This document shows, piece after piece, positions 16,403-25,520 of a DNA stretch of 64,000 nucleotides. The first letter of the stretch is position 1, and each line of letters opens with the position of its first letter. The stretch is from an uncultured Oscillospiraceae bacterium (GTDB lineage: Bacteria > Bacillota > Clostridia > Oscillospirales > Acutalibacteraceae). The notes under the pieces are model-generated. The model made no database searches, was not told the DNA's origin, and saw only the letters and a program-made list of their open reading frames with translations. A program made the translations under genes and the position numbers. The DNA lies in the NCBI GenBank assembly GCA_900545655.1, contig UQZY01000002.1, forward strand, positions 22,543 through 86,542. Direction: 5' to 3'.

Positions 16403-18235
16403 ATGCCGAATGAGAGACTTTCGTACCTTCGCGGAAAATCCATGCGCCTGCCGCTTTTGCCGGGGGTGTATATCATGAAAAATTCCGATGGTGAGATTAT
16501 TTACATCGGGAAGGCGAAGCTTCTCAAAAACAGGGTTAGCCAGTATTTCGGCTCCCAGAACAACCATACGACAAAGGTGCGCAGGATGGTTGAAAATGTA
16601 TATGATTTCGAACATATCCTCACCGGAAGCGAATTTGAGGCGCTTGTTCTTGAGTGCAGCCTTATAAAACAGTATAAGCCGAAGTACAATATCCTTCTGA
16701 AGGACGACAAGGGATACAGTTATATAAAGATAACAAATGAGCCGTGGAGAAGGCTTAAGAGTGCAAAGCAGAAGGTTGATGACGGCTCGCAGTATATCGG
16801 ACCGTACATGAGCGGCTTTGTCGTAAAGGAATCACTTGACGCGGCACTCAAGATTTTTAAACTTCCGCAGTGCAACAAAAGCTTTCCGTGCGGCAGCGTG
16901 AACAACCGTCCCTGTCTTAACTATCATATGAGGCAATGTATGGCGCCCTGTACGGGACGCGTTAAAAAGGCAGACTATGACGCCGCAGTAAATGATGCTA
17001 TAGAATTTCTCAAAGGAGATACAAAGGAGTATCTCAAGCTGCTTGAAAAACGAATGGAGTCCTACTCTGAGAACCTTGAGTTTGAAAAGGCTGCAGAGAC
17101 AAGGGACAGGATTTCGGCGATAAGGCGGCTTTCCGACAAGCAGAAGGTCTTGCTTTGCGGAACGGAGACAAAGGACGTTTTTGCGCTTGCACGCGACGAT
17201 GACGTAATCTGCTTCAATGTACTTCGCTTTGTCGACGGAAAGCTTTCTCAGAGTGAAAATCATTTTACGGATATTTCCGAGACTTTGAGTATGACGAGAG
17301 CGGATTTTATAAAGAGATTTTACATCGCCCATGATGACATACCTCCGCTTATCTTTACGGACGGTGAGTGTGACGACACGGAACTTATAATGAAATGGCT
17401 CGGTGAAAGACTGGGTAAAAAGGTTACTATCAGCGTTCCCGAAAAGGGAAATCAGGCAGAGGTTGTCCGTATGTCAAAAAACAATGCATACGAGGCGATA
17501 GCAGAGAAAAAACACAGAAAAAAATCAAACACGGCGGTTATCGAGCTCGGCGAGCTGCTGGGACTCAGTAAGGCTCCGGAGTTTATCGAATCTTACGATA
17601 TCTCTCACACCGCCGGAGCGGATTCGGTCGGCGGAATGGTTGTGTTTAAAAACGGCGAGCCCTACAGAGCGGGATACAGAAAATTCATAATAAAAGAAGC
17701 TGTCGGCGGAGACGATTACGGAGCTATGAAGGAGGTTCTGACACGCCGGTTTGAGCATTATTTCAAGGACAGGGATGAGGGTAAGGAGGACGGCTTTGCA
17801 CGTCTGCCGGACCTTATTCTTATGGACGGAGGACAGGGTCAGGTAAACGTTGCACTCTCCGTTCTCGAAGTATATCAGCTTCACATTCCTGTTTTCGGAA
17901 TGGTAAAGGACGGAAAACACAGGACGCGCGCTATTTCGTGTGACGGCGGAGAGATCTCGATAAACAGCAAGCGAAAGGTCTTTACTCTTGTTTCCGGTAT
18001 TCAGGAGGAGGTTCACAGGTTTGCCATAGGCTATCATCGTAAGAAGCACGCGAAAACCTCAAAAACAAGCGAGCTTACGGGCATACCGGGCATAGGACCC
18101 AAAAAAGCTCAGGCTCTTTGGAAAAAGTTTAAAACCATAGACGCGATAAAACGGGCATCCGTTGACGAGCTTGCCGCGACGCCGGGCCTGGGCATTGCCG
18201 ATGGTGTCCATATTAAAGCGTTTTTTTCGGAGTAA
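16403..18235 (+). CDS. uvrC: excinuclease ABC subunit C (UvrC)
   Basis: N-terminal GIY-YIG (GVYIMKNSDGEIIYIGKAKLLKNRVSQY) and C-terminal RNase H-like/HhH (GIPGIGPKKAQAL) domains. 610 aa. Confidence 0.9.
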   Translation: MPNERLSYLRGKSMRLPLLPGVYIMKNSDGEIIYIGKAKLLKNRVSQYFGSQNNHTTKVRRMVENVYDFEHILTGSEFEALVLECSLIKQYKPKYNILLKDDKGYSYIKITNEPWRRLKSAKQKVDDGSQYIGPYMSGFVVKESLDAALKIFKLPQCNKSFPCGSVNNRPCLNYHMRQCMAPCTGRVKKADYDAAVNDAIEFLKGDTKEYLKLLEKRMESYSENLEFEKAAETRDRISAIRRLSDKQKVLLCGTETKDVFALARDDDVICFNVLRFVDGKLSQSENHFTDISETLSMTRADFIKRFYIAHDDIPPLIFTDGECDDTELIMKWLGERLGKKVTISVPEKGNQAEVVRMSKNNAYEAIAEKKHRKKSNTAVIELGELLGLSKAPEFIESYDISHTAGADSVGGMVVFKNGEPYRAGYRKFIIKEAVGGDDYGAMKEVLTRRFEHYFKDRDEGKEDGFARLPDLILMDGGQGQVNVALSVLEVYQLHIPVFGMVKDGKHRTRAISCDGGEISINSKRKVFTLVSGIQEEVHRFAIGYHRKKHAKTSKTSELTGIPGIGPKKAQALWKKFKTIDAIKRASVDELAATPGLGIADGVHIKAFFSE

Positions 18236-18325
18236 GATTGGCTATTATTACAACAAGAGACAGTTTACAAATCAGGGCGTATAATGGTATAATATACTGA
18301 ATTTTATGTCGAAACACGGAGTTTA

Positions 18326-18877
18326 ATGATGAGAGTTATTACGGGTACAGCAAGAGGGATGAAGCTCAAAACTCTTGAGGGACTTGAAGTACGTCCCACA
18401 ACCGACCAGGTCAAGGAATCTGTTTTCAATATCATACAGTTTGAGGTTCCGGGTGCGAGGGTGCTTGACCTTTTTGCAGGCTCCGGACAACTCGGGATAG
18501 AGGCTTTAAGCCGAGGCGCGTCTGTTGCCGCTTTTGTTGATAACAGCAGAGAGTCGGTTGCCGTTGTAAATGAAAACCTTAAGCATACAAAGCTTTCCGA
18601 GCGTGCCACGGTAAAAAATGAGGACGCCTTAAGCTTCCTTAATTCGACAAGGGATACATTTGACATTGCCTTTCTCGACCCTCCTTACAGAAAGGATTTT
18701 GTTGTTTCCGTGCTTCCTGCTCTCACGCAAAGGATGTCAGACGGAGGAGTTATCATCTGCGAAACCGCAAGAGAGGAAGTCCTTCCCGAAAAAGTGGGAA
18801 GGTTTAAGCTTCACAAGGAGTACAGATACGGAAAGATAAAACTCACTGTCTACAGAAACGGAGAGGAGAACGACTGA
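18326..18877 (+). CDS. rsmD: 16S rRNA (guanine966-N2)-methyltransferase RsmD
   Basis: LDLFAGSGQLGIEALSRGA SAM motif and DPPY motif. Confidence 0.85.
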   Translation: MMRVITGTARGMKLKTLEGLEVRPTTDQVKESVFNIIQFEVPGARVLDLFAGSGQLGIEALSRGASVAAFVDNSRESVAVVNENLKHTKLSERATVKNEDALSFLNSTRDTFDIAFLDPPYRKDFVVSVLPALTQRMSDGGVIICETAREEVLPEKVGRFKLHKEYRYGKIKLTVYRNGEEND

Positions 18878-19365
18878 TGATTACAGCCATTTGTCCGGGC
18901 AGCTTTGACCCGATAACAAACGGACATCTTGACATCATTGAACGAGCTTCAAAGTTGTTTGATAACGTTATAGTTGTCGTTATGACAAACTACAGAAAAA
19001 AAGGAAATAACTCTTTTACCGTTGAAGACCGTGTTAAGCTTATAAAGAAGAGTACCACGCACCTCGAAAACGTAAGAGTTACCTCATATGACGGACTTCT
19101 CGCTGAGTACGCGAGGGAAAACGGTGTGCAGGTTGTTGTAAAGGGCTTGCGTGCCCTTTCGGACTTTGACAACGAATTCCAGCAGGCACTCGGAAACAGA
19201 CGTCTCAACCAAGAACTTGAAACCGTATTCATTGCGACAAAGGCCGAAAACATGTTTTTAAGTTCAAGCCTTGTAAGACAGATAGGTGAACTCGGCGGTG
19301 ACATATCGGATTTTGTTCCCCCGCCGGTTTTACATGATATTGAAGAACATTTAAGAAAGGACTGA
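18877..19365 (+). CDS. coaD: phosphopantetheine adenylyltransferase
   Basis: AICPGSFDPITNGHLDII (T/HxGH nucleotidyltransferase motif). Overlaps the rsmD stop. Confidence 0.9.
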   Translation: MITAICPGSFDPITNGHLDIIERASKLFDNVIVVVMTNYRKKGNNSFTVEDRVKLIKKSTTHLENVRVTSYDGLLAEYARENGVQVVVKGLRALSDFDNEFQQALGNRRLNQELETVFIATKAENMFLSSSLVRQIGELGGDISDFVPPPVLHDIEEHLRKD

Positions 19366-19370
19366 TTCAC

Positions 19371-20399
19371 GTGGCTCAGATAGAAGAACTCCTCGATGAG
19401 ATGGAAGATATTCTTGCGGACGGAAAAGGAAAAGCTTTTTCAAACAGAATGACTGTTGACGTTGAAGCCCTGAAGACAGTCATCGACGACCTGCGCTTTA
19501 GTGTTCCCGAGGAAGTGAAGCAGGCACGTATTCTCGCATCCGAGCGACGTGAGATAATGAGCAGAGCAAACCGTGAAGCAGAGGAGATAATAGAGGATGC
19601 ACGTATAAAAAGTCGTGATCTTCTTGCTGCTGCGGAGCACAGAGCACGCGAAAACGACGTTGAAACCAACAGGCGAAACGAGGAACTTATAAAAGACGCA
19701 CAGGAGAGGGCAAAGAGCATTCTTGACAGTGCGCGTACAGAGGCCGACAAGCTTGTTTCCTCACAAAACATCCTTGAAGAGGCAAAGACCGCTTCAAAGA
19801 ATCTTACAGAACATGCGCAGGCGGAGGCAGGGGCTCTCAGGGAAGAGGCGGAGAAGCTTCTTGCCGCAGCAAAGGATCAGGCTCAGAGCATCCTCAGCGA
19901 ATCAAAGGAACAGGCACAAAACATCCTTACGGAGGCAAAAACCCGTGCCGAAAGACTTGAGCAGGAAGCAGAGTACAAGTCACAGAGCAAAATGGATGAG
20001 GCTGCAAAGTGGTCGCATGACCTTAAGATGAATGCGAGCAAATATGTGGACGAGCTCGTCAATGAAACCGAATACAGGGTTGCAAAGAGTCTGAATGAGA
20101 TACAGAAGCTTCAGGACAGTCTTAAGGCTGCCGCAAAGAATTCATCACAGGCTCAAAAGCGTGCGGACAGACAGCGCCGTGCACAGGGCTCGGCAGTCTC
20201 TTCAAAGCGTGCCGAATCAGAGAGAAAGCACACGGAAAACATGAAACGGAACAGTCAGAGCACCTACGGTAAGAAACGCCCGTCTTCGCAGTACGTAACC
20301 GAGGACAATGACATAGAGGTCATCATGCCGAAGCCGAGCATTATAGACGTACCGCTCAGCGACACCCCGATAGTACCGGATGAAGAATTCTTTCTCTGA
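19371..20399 (+). CDS. coiled-coil protein of unknown function (ATP-synthase-b-like heptad repeats, low-complexity basic C-terminus)
   Basis: 342 aa from a GTG start with AAAGGA 9 nt upstream. Long E/A/R/K-rich helical repeats (EEIIEDARIKSRDLLAAAEHRARE...). No catalytic motif recognised. Confidence 0.4.
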   Translation: MAQIEELLDEMEDILADGKGKAFSNRMTVDVEALKTVIDDLRFSVPEEVKQARILASERREIMSRANREAEEIIEDARIKSRDLLAAAEHRARENDVETNRRNEELIKDAQERAKSILDSARTEADKLVSSQNILEEAKTASKNLTEHAQAEAGALREEAEKLLAAAKDQAQSILSESKEQAQNILTEAKTRAERLEQEAEYKSQSKMDEAAKWSHDLKMNASKYVDELVNETEYRVAKSLNEIQKLQDSLKAAAKNSSQAQKRADRQRRAQGSAVSSKRAESERKHTENMKRNSQSTYGKKRPSSQYVTEDNDIEVIMPKPSIIDVPLSDTPIVPDEEFFL

Positions 20400-20428
20400 T
20401 TTGTTCAGGTTATAATTACAGCTACTAC

Positions 20429-20460
20429 GCGGCGCACCTTGCGTGTGCCGCTCCTTTTTT
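20429..20460 (+). terminator. terminator
   Basis: gcggcgcac-cttgc-gtgtgccgc followed by TCCTTTTTT. Confidence 0.5.
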
Positions 20461-20518
20461 AAGGGAAGCCGGGTCATAATTTTCAAGACTTTTGCATAGA
20501 GTTTACAGGGTGATATTT

Positions 20519-21004
20519 ATGTTTGTGTTTTCAGTAAACTCAAAAACCGCTAAGGTTATTATTCTTGCGGCGGTCGGCATCGTAGCCGGAATCATACTTG
20601 CAAGAGTGAGTACTGCCACCGGCGATGTATCAAATATGAACGGTATTGTTCTCAAGGCGTCAGACACAAAGGAACGTGTGGCTTTTCTTTCGCAGTTCGG
20701 ATGGGAGGTATCCGAGGATCCTCTCGAGGTTGCGGAGGTAATCATTCCCACCGAATTTGACGAAACGTATAAGGCGTACAATGATATACAGAAAAAGCAG
20801 GGTTTTGATCTTGAAAAATACAAGGGCACCAGGGTAAAACGCTGGACCTATGAGATAAAAAACTATCCGGGCTATGCCGGGAATTCCGGGTGTATTCGGG
20901 CAAATATTCTTGTCTGTGACGGCAATGTCATAGGCGGTGATATCTGCTCGGTTGAACTCGACGGCTTTATGCACGGCTTTAAGGTGAAAGAAAATGCGGC
21001 TTGA
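20519..21004 (+). CDS. small membrane-anchored protein (possibly DUF4830-like)
   Basis: N-terminal TM helix (AKVIILAAVGIVAGIILA) then a soluble domain with CDGNVIGGDICS. ATG 20519 preferred over the longer ORF. Confidence 0.35.
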   Translation: MFVFSVNSKTAKVIILAAVGIVAGIILARVSTATGDVSNMNGIVLKASDTKERVAFLSQFGWEVSEDPLEVAEVIIPTEFDETYKAYNDIQKKQGFDLEKYKGTRVKRWTYEIKNYPGYAGNSGCIRANILVCDGNVIGGDICSVELDGFMHGFKVKENAA

Positions 21005-21695
21005 TAAATTCATTTCATCCCAGACATCACTTTCAAGGAGCGATGTAAAAAAACTGATAAAACACGGAGCTGTAACGGTTGACAAAGCTGTTGCGGCATC
21101 GTGTGATATGCAGATTTTTCCGGAGACCTCTGAGATTGTAGTAGGCGGACAGGCTCTCTCTTATAAAAAGTATGTATATTATATATTAAATAAGCCGAAG
21201 GGCGTGGTCAGCGCAACGGATGACAAAATGCACAAAACGGTTCTTGACCTTGTTCCGGACAACCTTAAACGACCCGGACTTTTTCCTGCCGGAAGACTTG
21301 ACGCGGACACCACGGGTTTTGTTTTACTCACCGATGACGGAGATTTTGCACATCGCATATTGTCGCCGAAAAACCATATCGAAAAAACATATATCGCGAC
21401 GCTTGAAAAGACCTTGACCGAGGAGGATATCTCCGCTTTTGCCGCAGGTATAACGCTTTCGGACGGATACGAGTGCTTGCCTGCTGCAGTCAAACTTGTC
21501 GGACAGGCAGTTGCAGAGGTAAAAATCTGCGAAGGAAAATACCACCAAATCAAGCGTATGTTTGCCGCGAGAGGGAACAGGGTGCTTGAACTTAAACGTG
21601 TAAAAATGGGTGGACTGTCACTAGATATTGCATTGGAGCCCGGTAAAATGAGAGAATTAACACAAGACGAATTGTTGAAAATTACCAACACCTGA
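20994..21695 (+). CDS. rRNA pseudouridine synthase (RsuA/RluB family)
   Basis: S4 domain MRLDKFISSQTSLSRSDVKKLIKHGAVTV and catalytic block GRLDADTTGFVLLTDDGDF. Confidence 0.8.
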   Translation: MRLDKFISSQTSLSRSDVKKLIKHGAVTVDKAVAASCDMQIFPETSEIVVGGQALSYKKYVYYILNKPKGVVSATDDKMHKTVLDLVPDNLKRPGLFPAGRLDADTTGFVLLTDDGDFAHRILSPKNHIEKTYIATLEKTLTEEDISAFAAGITLSDGYECLPAAVKLVGQAVAEVKICEGKYHQIKRMFAARGNRVLELKRVKMGGLSLDIALEPGKMRELTQDELLKITNT

Positions 21696-21883
21696 ATAGT
21701 GCATATTGACACGATTTCACATATTTATTGTAGTTATTTTGTATATTTTTGTATAAAATCTGACGAAAAAAGTTGCATTTTGTTGAGTTATTGTGTACAA
21801 TGTATAAGAAATTGCTCTAACATTTTGCACAAAAAGTACAAACAGCAGTAATTACTATACAAATCACTGGGGGTTTTGAGTAT

Positions 21884-22969
21884 ATGTCCAACAGACTGTT
21901 TCAGGGAGTCATTCACCAGATGCGCGACGCGATTGACAGAACAGTTGGTGTGATTGACGAAACCGGTTCAATCATCTCTTGCAGTGAGCTTGAGCGAATC
22001 GGCGGTCAGATACCTCTTGACACATCCGACATCTTTTCGACAAATGATGCGGTTTGCCTTGACGGTGTGACTTATCTGACCTTTGGATCTCATTTACGCC
22101 ATGAGTATGCTGTTTTTGTTGACGGTGAAGACGACCTTGCCGAAAAATACGCAAGAATTCTCTCTGTTTCACTTTCAAGTATAAAACAGTTTTATGATGA
22201 AAAATATGACAGGAGTAACTTCGTAAAGAATGTTATTCTTGATAACATCCTTCCGGGTGACATACATGTAAAGGCACGTGAGCTTCGCTTCAACAATGAT
22301 GCAACACGTGTTGTTCTTCTCATAAGGATTACGGGACATGAGGACGCGTCTGTTTTCGACGTCATACAGAATCTTTTCCCGGACAAGAACAAGGACTTTG
22401 TTATAAACATAAATGAGACGGATATCGCTCTTGTAAAAGAGGTGCGTAACAATATCGAGCCGAAGAACCTTGAAAAGCTGGCTCATTCCATTTCTGACGC
22501 ACTTTCGACCGAGTTCTACAGCAACGCGCTTGTGGGAATAGGCACGACTGTTGTAGGAATCCGTGACCTTTCGAGATCCTTAAAGGAAGCTCAGGTTGCA
22601 CTTGAGGTAGGAAAGGTTTTTGATACCGAGAAAAACATAGTAAGCTATGATAATCTGGGTATTGCACGTCTTATTTATCAGCTTCCGACAACCCTTTGCG
22701 AGATGTTCCTCCAGGAGGTTTTCAAAAGAGGCTCTATAGAGAACCTTGATCAGGAAACACTTTTTACCATTCAAAAATTCTTTGAAAATAACCTCAACGT
22801 TTCTGAGACATCACGTAAGCTTTTTGTTCACAGAAACACCTTGGTTTACAGACTTGAAAAGATAAAGAAATTTACAGGACTTGACCTTCGTGAGTTTGAT
22901 GATGCCATCGTATTTAAGGTAGCCCTTATGGTAAAGAAATATCTGGACGCAAATCCGACAAAATTCTGA
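21884..22969 (+). CDS. PucR/CdaR-family transcriptional regulator
   Basis: C-terminal PucR HTH NLNVSETSRKLFVHRNTLVYRLEKIKKFTGLDL. GGGGG RBS. Confidence 0.7.
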   Translation: MSNRLFQGVIHQMRDAIDRTVGVIDETGSIISCSELERIGGQIPLDTSDIFSTNDAVCLDGVTYLTFGSHLRHEYAVFVDGEDDLAEKYARILSVSLSSIKQFYDEKYDRSNFVKNVILDNILPGDIHVKARELRFNNDATRVVLLIRITGHEDASVFDVIQNLFPDKNKDFVININETDIALVKEVRNNIEPKNLEKLAHSISDALSTEFYSNALVGIGTTVVGIRDLSRSLKEAQVALEVGKVFDTEKNIVSYDNLGIARLIYQLPTTLCEMFLQEVFKRGSIENLDQETLFTIQKFFENNLNVSETSRKLFVHRNTLVYRLEKIKKFTGLDLREFDDAIVFKVALMVKKYLDANPTKF

Positions 22970-23211
22970 TAAAAAATACTAAATATTGTGTCGGCTTTTG
23001 TGCAAAAGCACAAAATTCAGAAACCGGTTACAAAAGGGTTACAAACTATAATTAAATATGGTATACTATAGACTGTATAGGTGTTCTTATGCCCATACAG
23101 TCTTTTGTGTTTTTTAAAACACGACTTTTCGGAGAAAAAGATAATTGAAAAATAACTGAAAAATTGACTTCAGATGAATAACAGACCATTTTTAGGAGCA
23201 GTGCGTAACAG

Positions 23212-24576
23212 ATGATAGAGTTTAAAAATGTTTACAAAAAGTACGATAACGGTACGGAAGCACTGAAAAATGTCAACCTTCGTATTGAGCGCGGAGAGTT
23301 CGTTTTTATTGTCGGTGCATCCGGCTCCGGTAAGAGTACTTTCCTAAAGACGATAATGCGCGAGGAGGTACCCACCTCCGGAAGCATTATGATAAATAAC
23401 TATGACCTTACCAAGATGACAAATAAGGAAATTCCTTATTTTCGGCGTACCATGGGTATAGTTTTTCAGGACTTCAGACTCATACCTACCATGACCGTGT
23501 ATGACAATGTTGCATTTGCAATGAGGGTTATAGGTGCAAATGAAAAGGAAATACGTAAAAGAGTGCCGTTTGTCTTGAGCCTTGTCGGACTTAAGGAAAA
23601 GGCACGCTCGCTTCCGAATGAGATCTCGGGCGGTGAGCAGCAGCGTGTCGCACTTGCGAGAGCGCTTGTAAACAATGCGAATACCATCATTGCCGACGAG
23701 CCTACGGGTAACATAGACCCGGAGATGTCCTATGAGATAGTGGATCTTCTCAATCACATAAACGAAAACGGAACCACGGTAATAATGGTTACGCATGAGC
23801 ATGATCTTGTAAAAAAGTTTAATCACAGAATCGTTGTAATTGATGACGGTACTGTAGTATCGGATACGGCAGCAGGCGGAGTTCTCCGTTATAAAACGGA
23901 GACAGGCTACAAGCCTGTTTCGGAGCCGGGAAGCACACAGAATCCTAATACCGATGAAGCGGTAAAGGTTGCGGAGGCTGTAAAGGCTGCCATGGCAGCA
24001 AAAGCTTCCGGTGCAGGTGTTGTTTCTGCGGCAGGCGGTGCTTCTGCGACAGGTACTGCTTCTGCGGCAGGTTCGGCTACCGCGGCGGGCTCAGCTTCTG
24101 CGACAGGTACTGTTTCCGCGGCAGGTTCGGCTTCTGCGGCTCAGCAGTCGAAAGCCAAGACGGAAACAACCGAAAAGAGCTTTGGTACAGGGACAACGGC
24201 CGCAGATTCCGCCGTGCCTTTAACCGACTCTTATAAGCCGTCTCCCTTTATGGCACAGATGAGCTCGTATGCCGCAAAGGCAACGGCAGCAAAGGATTCC
24301 GACACCGCCGATGACGGTAAAGCCGCCGCAGCTTCCGCGCAGTCCGTGAAGCCTGCACCGGAATCACAGCCGACGCAGAGTTCACCTGTGACTGAGATCT
24401 TTACGATACCGGTTTCAACCGAAACCTTAAACAACTCATCCGAGACGAAGGTGGGGTCACCTCTTTCAGCCGCACGTCCGGCTCCGGAAACTCCGCCGAA
24501 AAAAAACACCTATACTACAATTGACGGTGTTGATTACTCAAAGTATTTTGAGGACGCAGAGGAGGATGAGAAATAA
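23212..24576 (+). CDS. ftsE: cell division ATP-binding protein FtsE with approx. 225-aa Ala/Ser/Thr-rich C-terminal extension
   Basis: Residues 1-228 form a complete FtsE ABC ATPase (GASGSGKST, LSGGEQQRVALARAL, IIADEPTGNID, H-loop VTHEH). It continues in frame to 454 aa through low-complexity repeats (SAAGGASATGTASAAGSATAAGSASATGTVSAAGSASAA). Confidence 0.85.
   Translation: MIEFKNVYKKYDNGTEALKNVNLRIERGEFVFIVGASGSGKSTFLKTIMREEVPTSGSIMINNYDLTKMTNKEIPYFRRTMGIVFQDFRLIPTMTVYDNVAFAMRVIGANEKEIRKRVPFVLSLVGLKEKARSLPNEISGGEQQRVALARALVNNANTIIADEPTGNIDPEMSYEIVDLLNHINENGTTVIMVTHEHDLVKKFNHRIVVIDDGTVVSDTAAGGVLRYKTETGYKPVSEPGSTQNPNTDEAVKVAEAVKAAMAAKASGAGVVSAAGGASATGTASAAGSATAAGSASATGTVSAAGSASAAQQSKAKTETTEKSFGTGTTAADSAVPLTDSYKPSPFMAQMSSYAAKATAAKDSDTADDGKAAAASAQSVKPAPESQPTQSSPVTEIFTIPVSTETLNNSSETKVGSPLSAARPAPETPPKKNTYTTIDGVDYSKYFEDAEEDEK
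24040..24147 (+). repeat. 54-bp tandem repeat x2 inside ftsE extension
   Basis: gcttctgcgacaggtactg(c/t)tt(c)tgcggcaggttcggct... repeated head to tail. Encodes ASATGT(A/V)SAAGSA. Confidence 0.7.
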
Positions 24577-25520
24577 TGTCCGAAGAAAAGATAAGACGAA
24601 AAGCTTCGTTCAACATAAATTACCTCACAAAAGAAGGCGTAAGAAACGTATGGTCAAACAGGCTTATGTCCATTGCCTCAATCGCGGTTCTTTCTTCCTG
24701 TCTGGTGCTTATCGGTTGTGCGATTATGCTTTTCGTAAACATAAATTCAATGCTTGAAAATGTCGAAGATCAGAACGTAATCATGGTATATCTGAATGAC
24801 GGAATAACCGATGAACAGGTAAATAAGGTCGGTCAGGACATACGTATGATTCCGAGCGTAGCCTCCGTTGACTTTGTTTCAAAGGAGGACGCATATAAAT
24901 CTCAGCTTGAAAGCATGGGCGACGAGGCCAGTCTGCTTGACGGACTTGAGGAAAATCCGCTGCCCGACGCCTACAAGGTAACGCTTGAAAACCTGAATGA
25001 CTACGACAACGTCATGACCATGCTTACCTCGGTGGAAAACACACTCAGTGTAAGGGGAAACAGCGACCTTGCCGGTCAGGTGAGACAGATTCGCTCCGGC
25101 GTGACATATATAAGCGTCGGAATGATAATCATGCTTCTTGCGGTTTCGCTTTTCATTATTGCAAATACCGTAAGAGTTACCATGTATAACAGAAGACTTG
25201 AGATAAGCATCATGAAGGCGGTCGGTGCCACCAACTGGTTTATACGCTGGCCATTCATCATAGAAGGTATTCTTATCGGAATCATCTCCGGTTTTGTTTC
25301 ACTTCTTCTTGTGTTCGGCCTTTACGAGCTTGCTCTTAAGTCACTCGGGACGATATTTACACTTTTCGGAGCAACGTCAATTCCGTTCAGCTCATATGCA
25401 TTGCCGATGCTTCTTGCGTTTATTCTCATAGGCGTATTTGCAGGCGTATTCGGAAGTATATTCTCAATGGGACGTTATCTTAAGGAACAAGGGAGCGTGG
25501 TATCTGATGACAATGAATAA
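24576..25520 (+). CDS. ftsX: cell division permease FtsX
   Basis: Four TM segments with a large extracytoplasmic loop. GAGGAGGA RBS. ATG overlaps the ftsE stop. Confidence 0.85.
   Translation: MSEEKIRRKASFNINYLTKEGVRNVWSNRLMSIASIAVLSSCLVLIGCAIMLFVNINSMLENVEDQNVIMVYLNDGITDEQVNKVGQDIRMIPSVASVDFVSKEDAYKSQLESMGDEASLLDGLEENPLPDAYKVTLENLNDYDNVMTMLTSVENTLSVRGNSDLAGQVRQIRSGVTYISVGMIIMLLAVSLFIIANTVRVTMYNRRLEISIMKAVGATNWFIRWPFIIEGILIGIISGFVSLLLVFGLYELALKSLGTIFTLFGATSIPFSSYALPMLLAFILIGVFAGVFGSIFSMGRYLKEQGSVVSDDNE

Noticed and set aside
24011-24223. Alternative-frame ORF (LLRQ repeats) inside ftsE extension
   Set aside because: It is a frame artefact of the 54-bp tandem repeat. The ftsE frame is continuous and carries the acidic C-terminus abutting ftsX.
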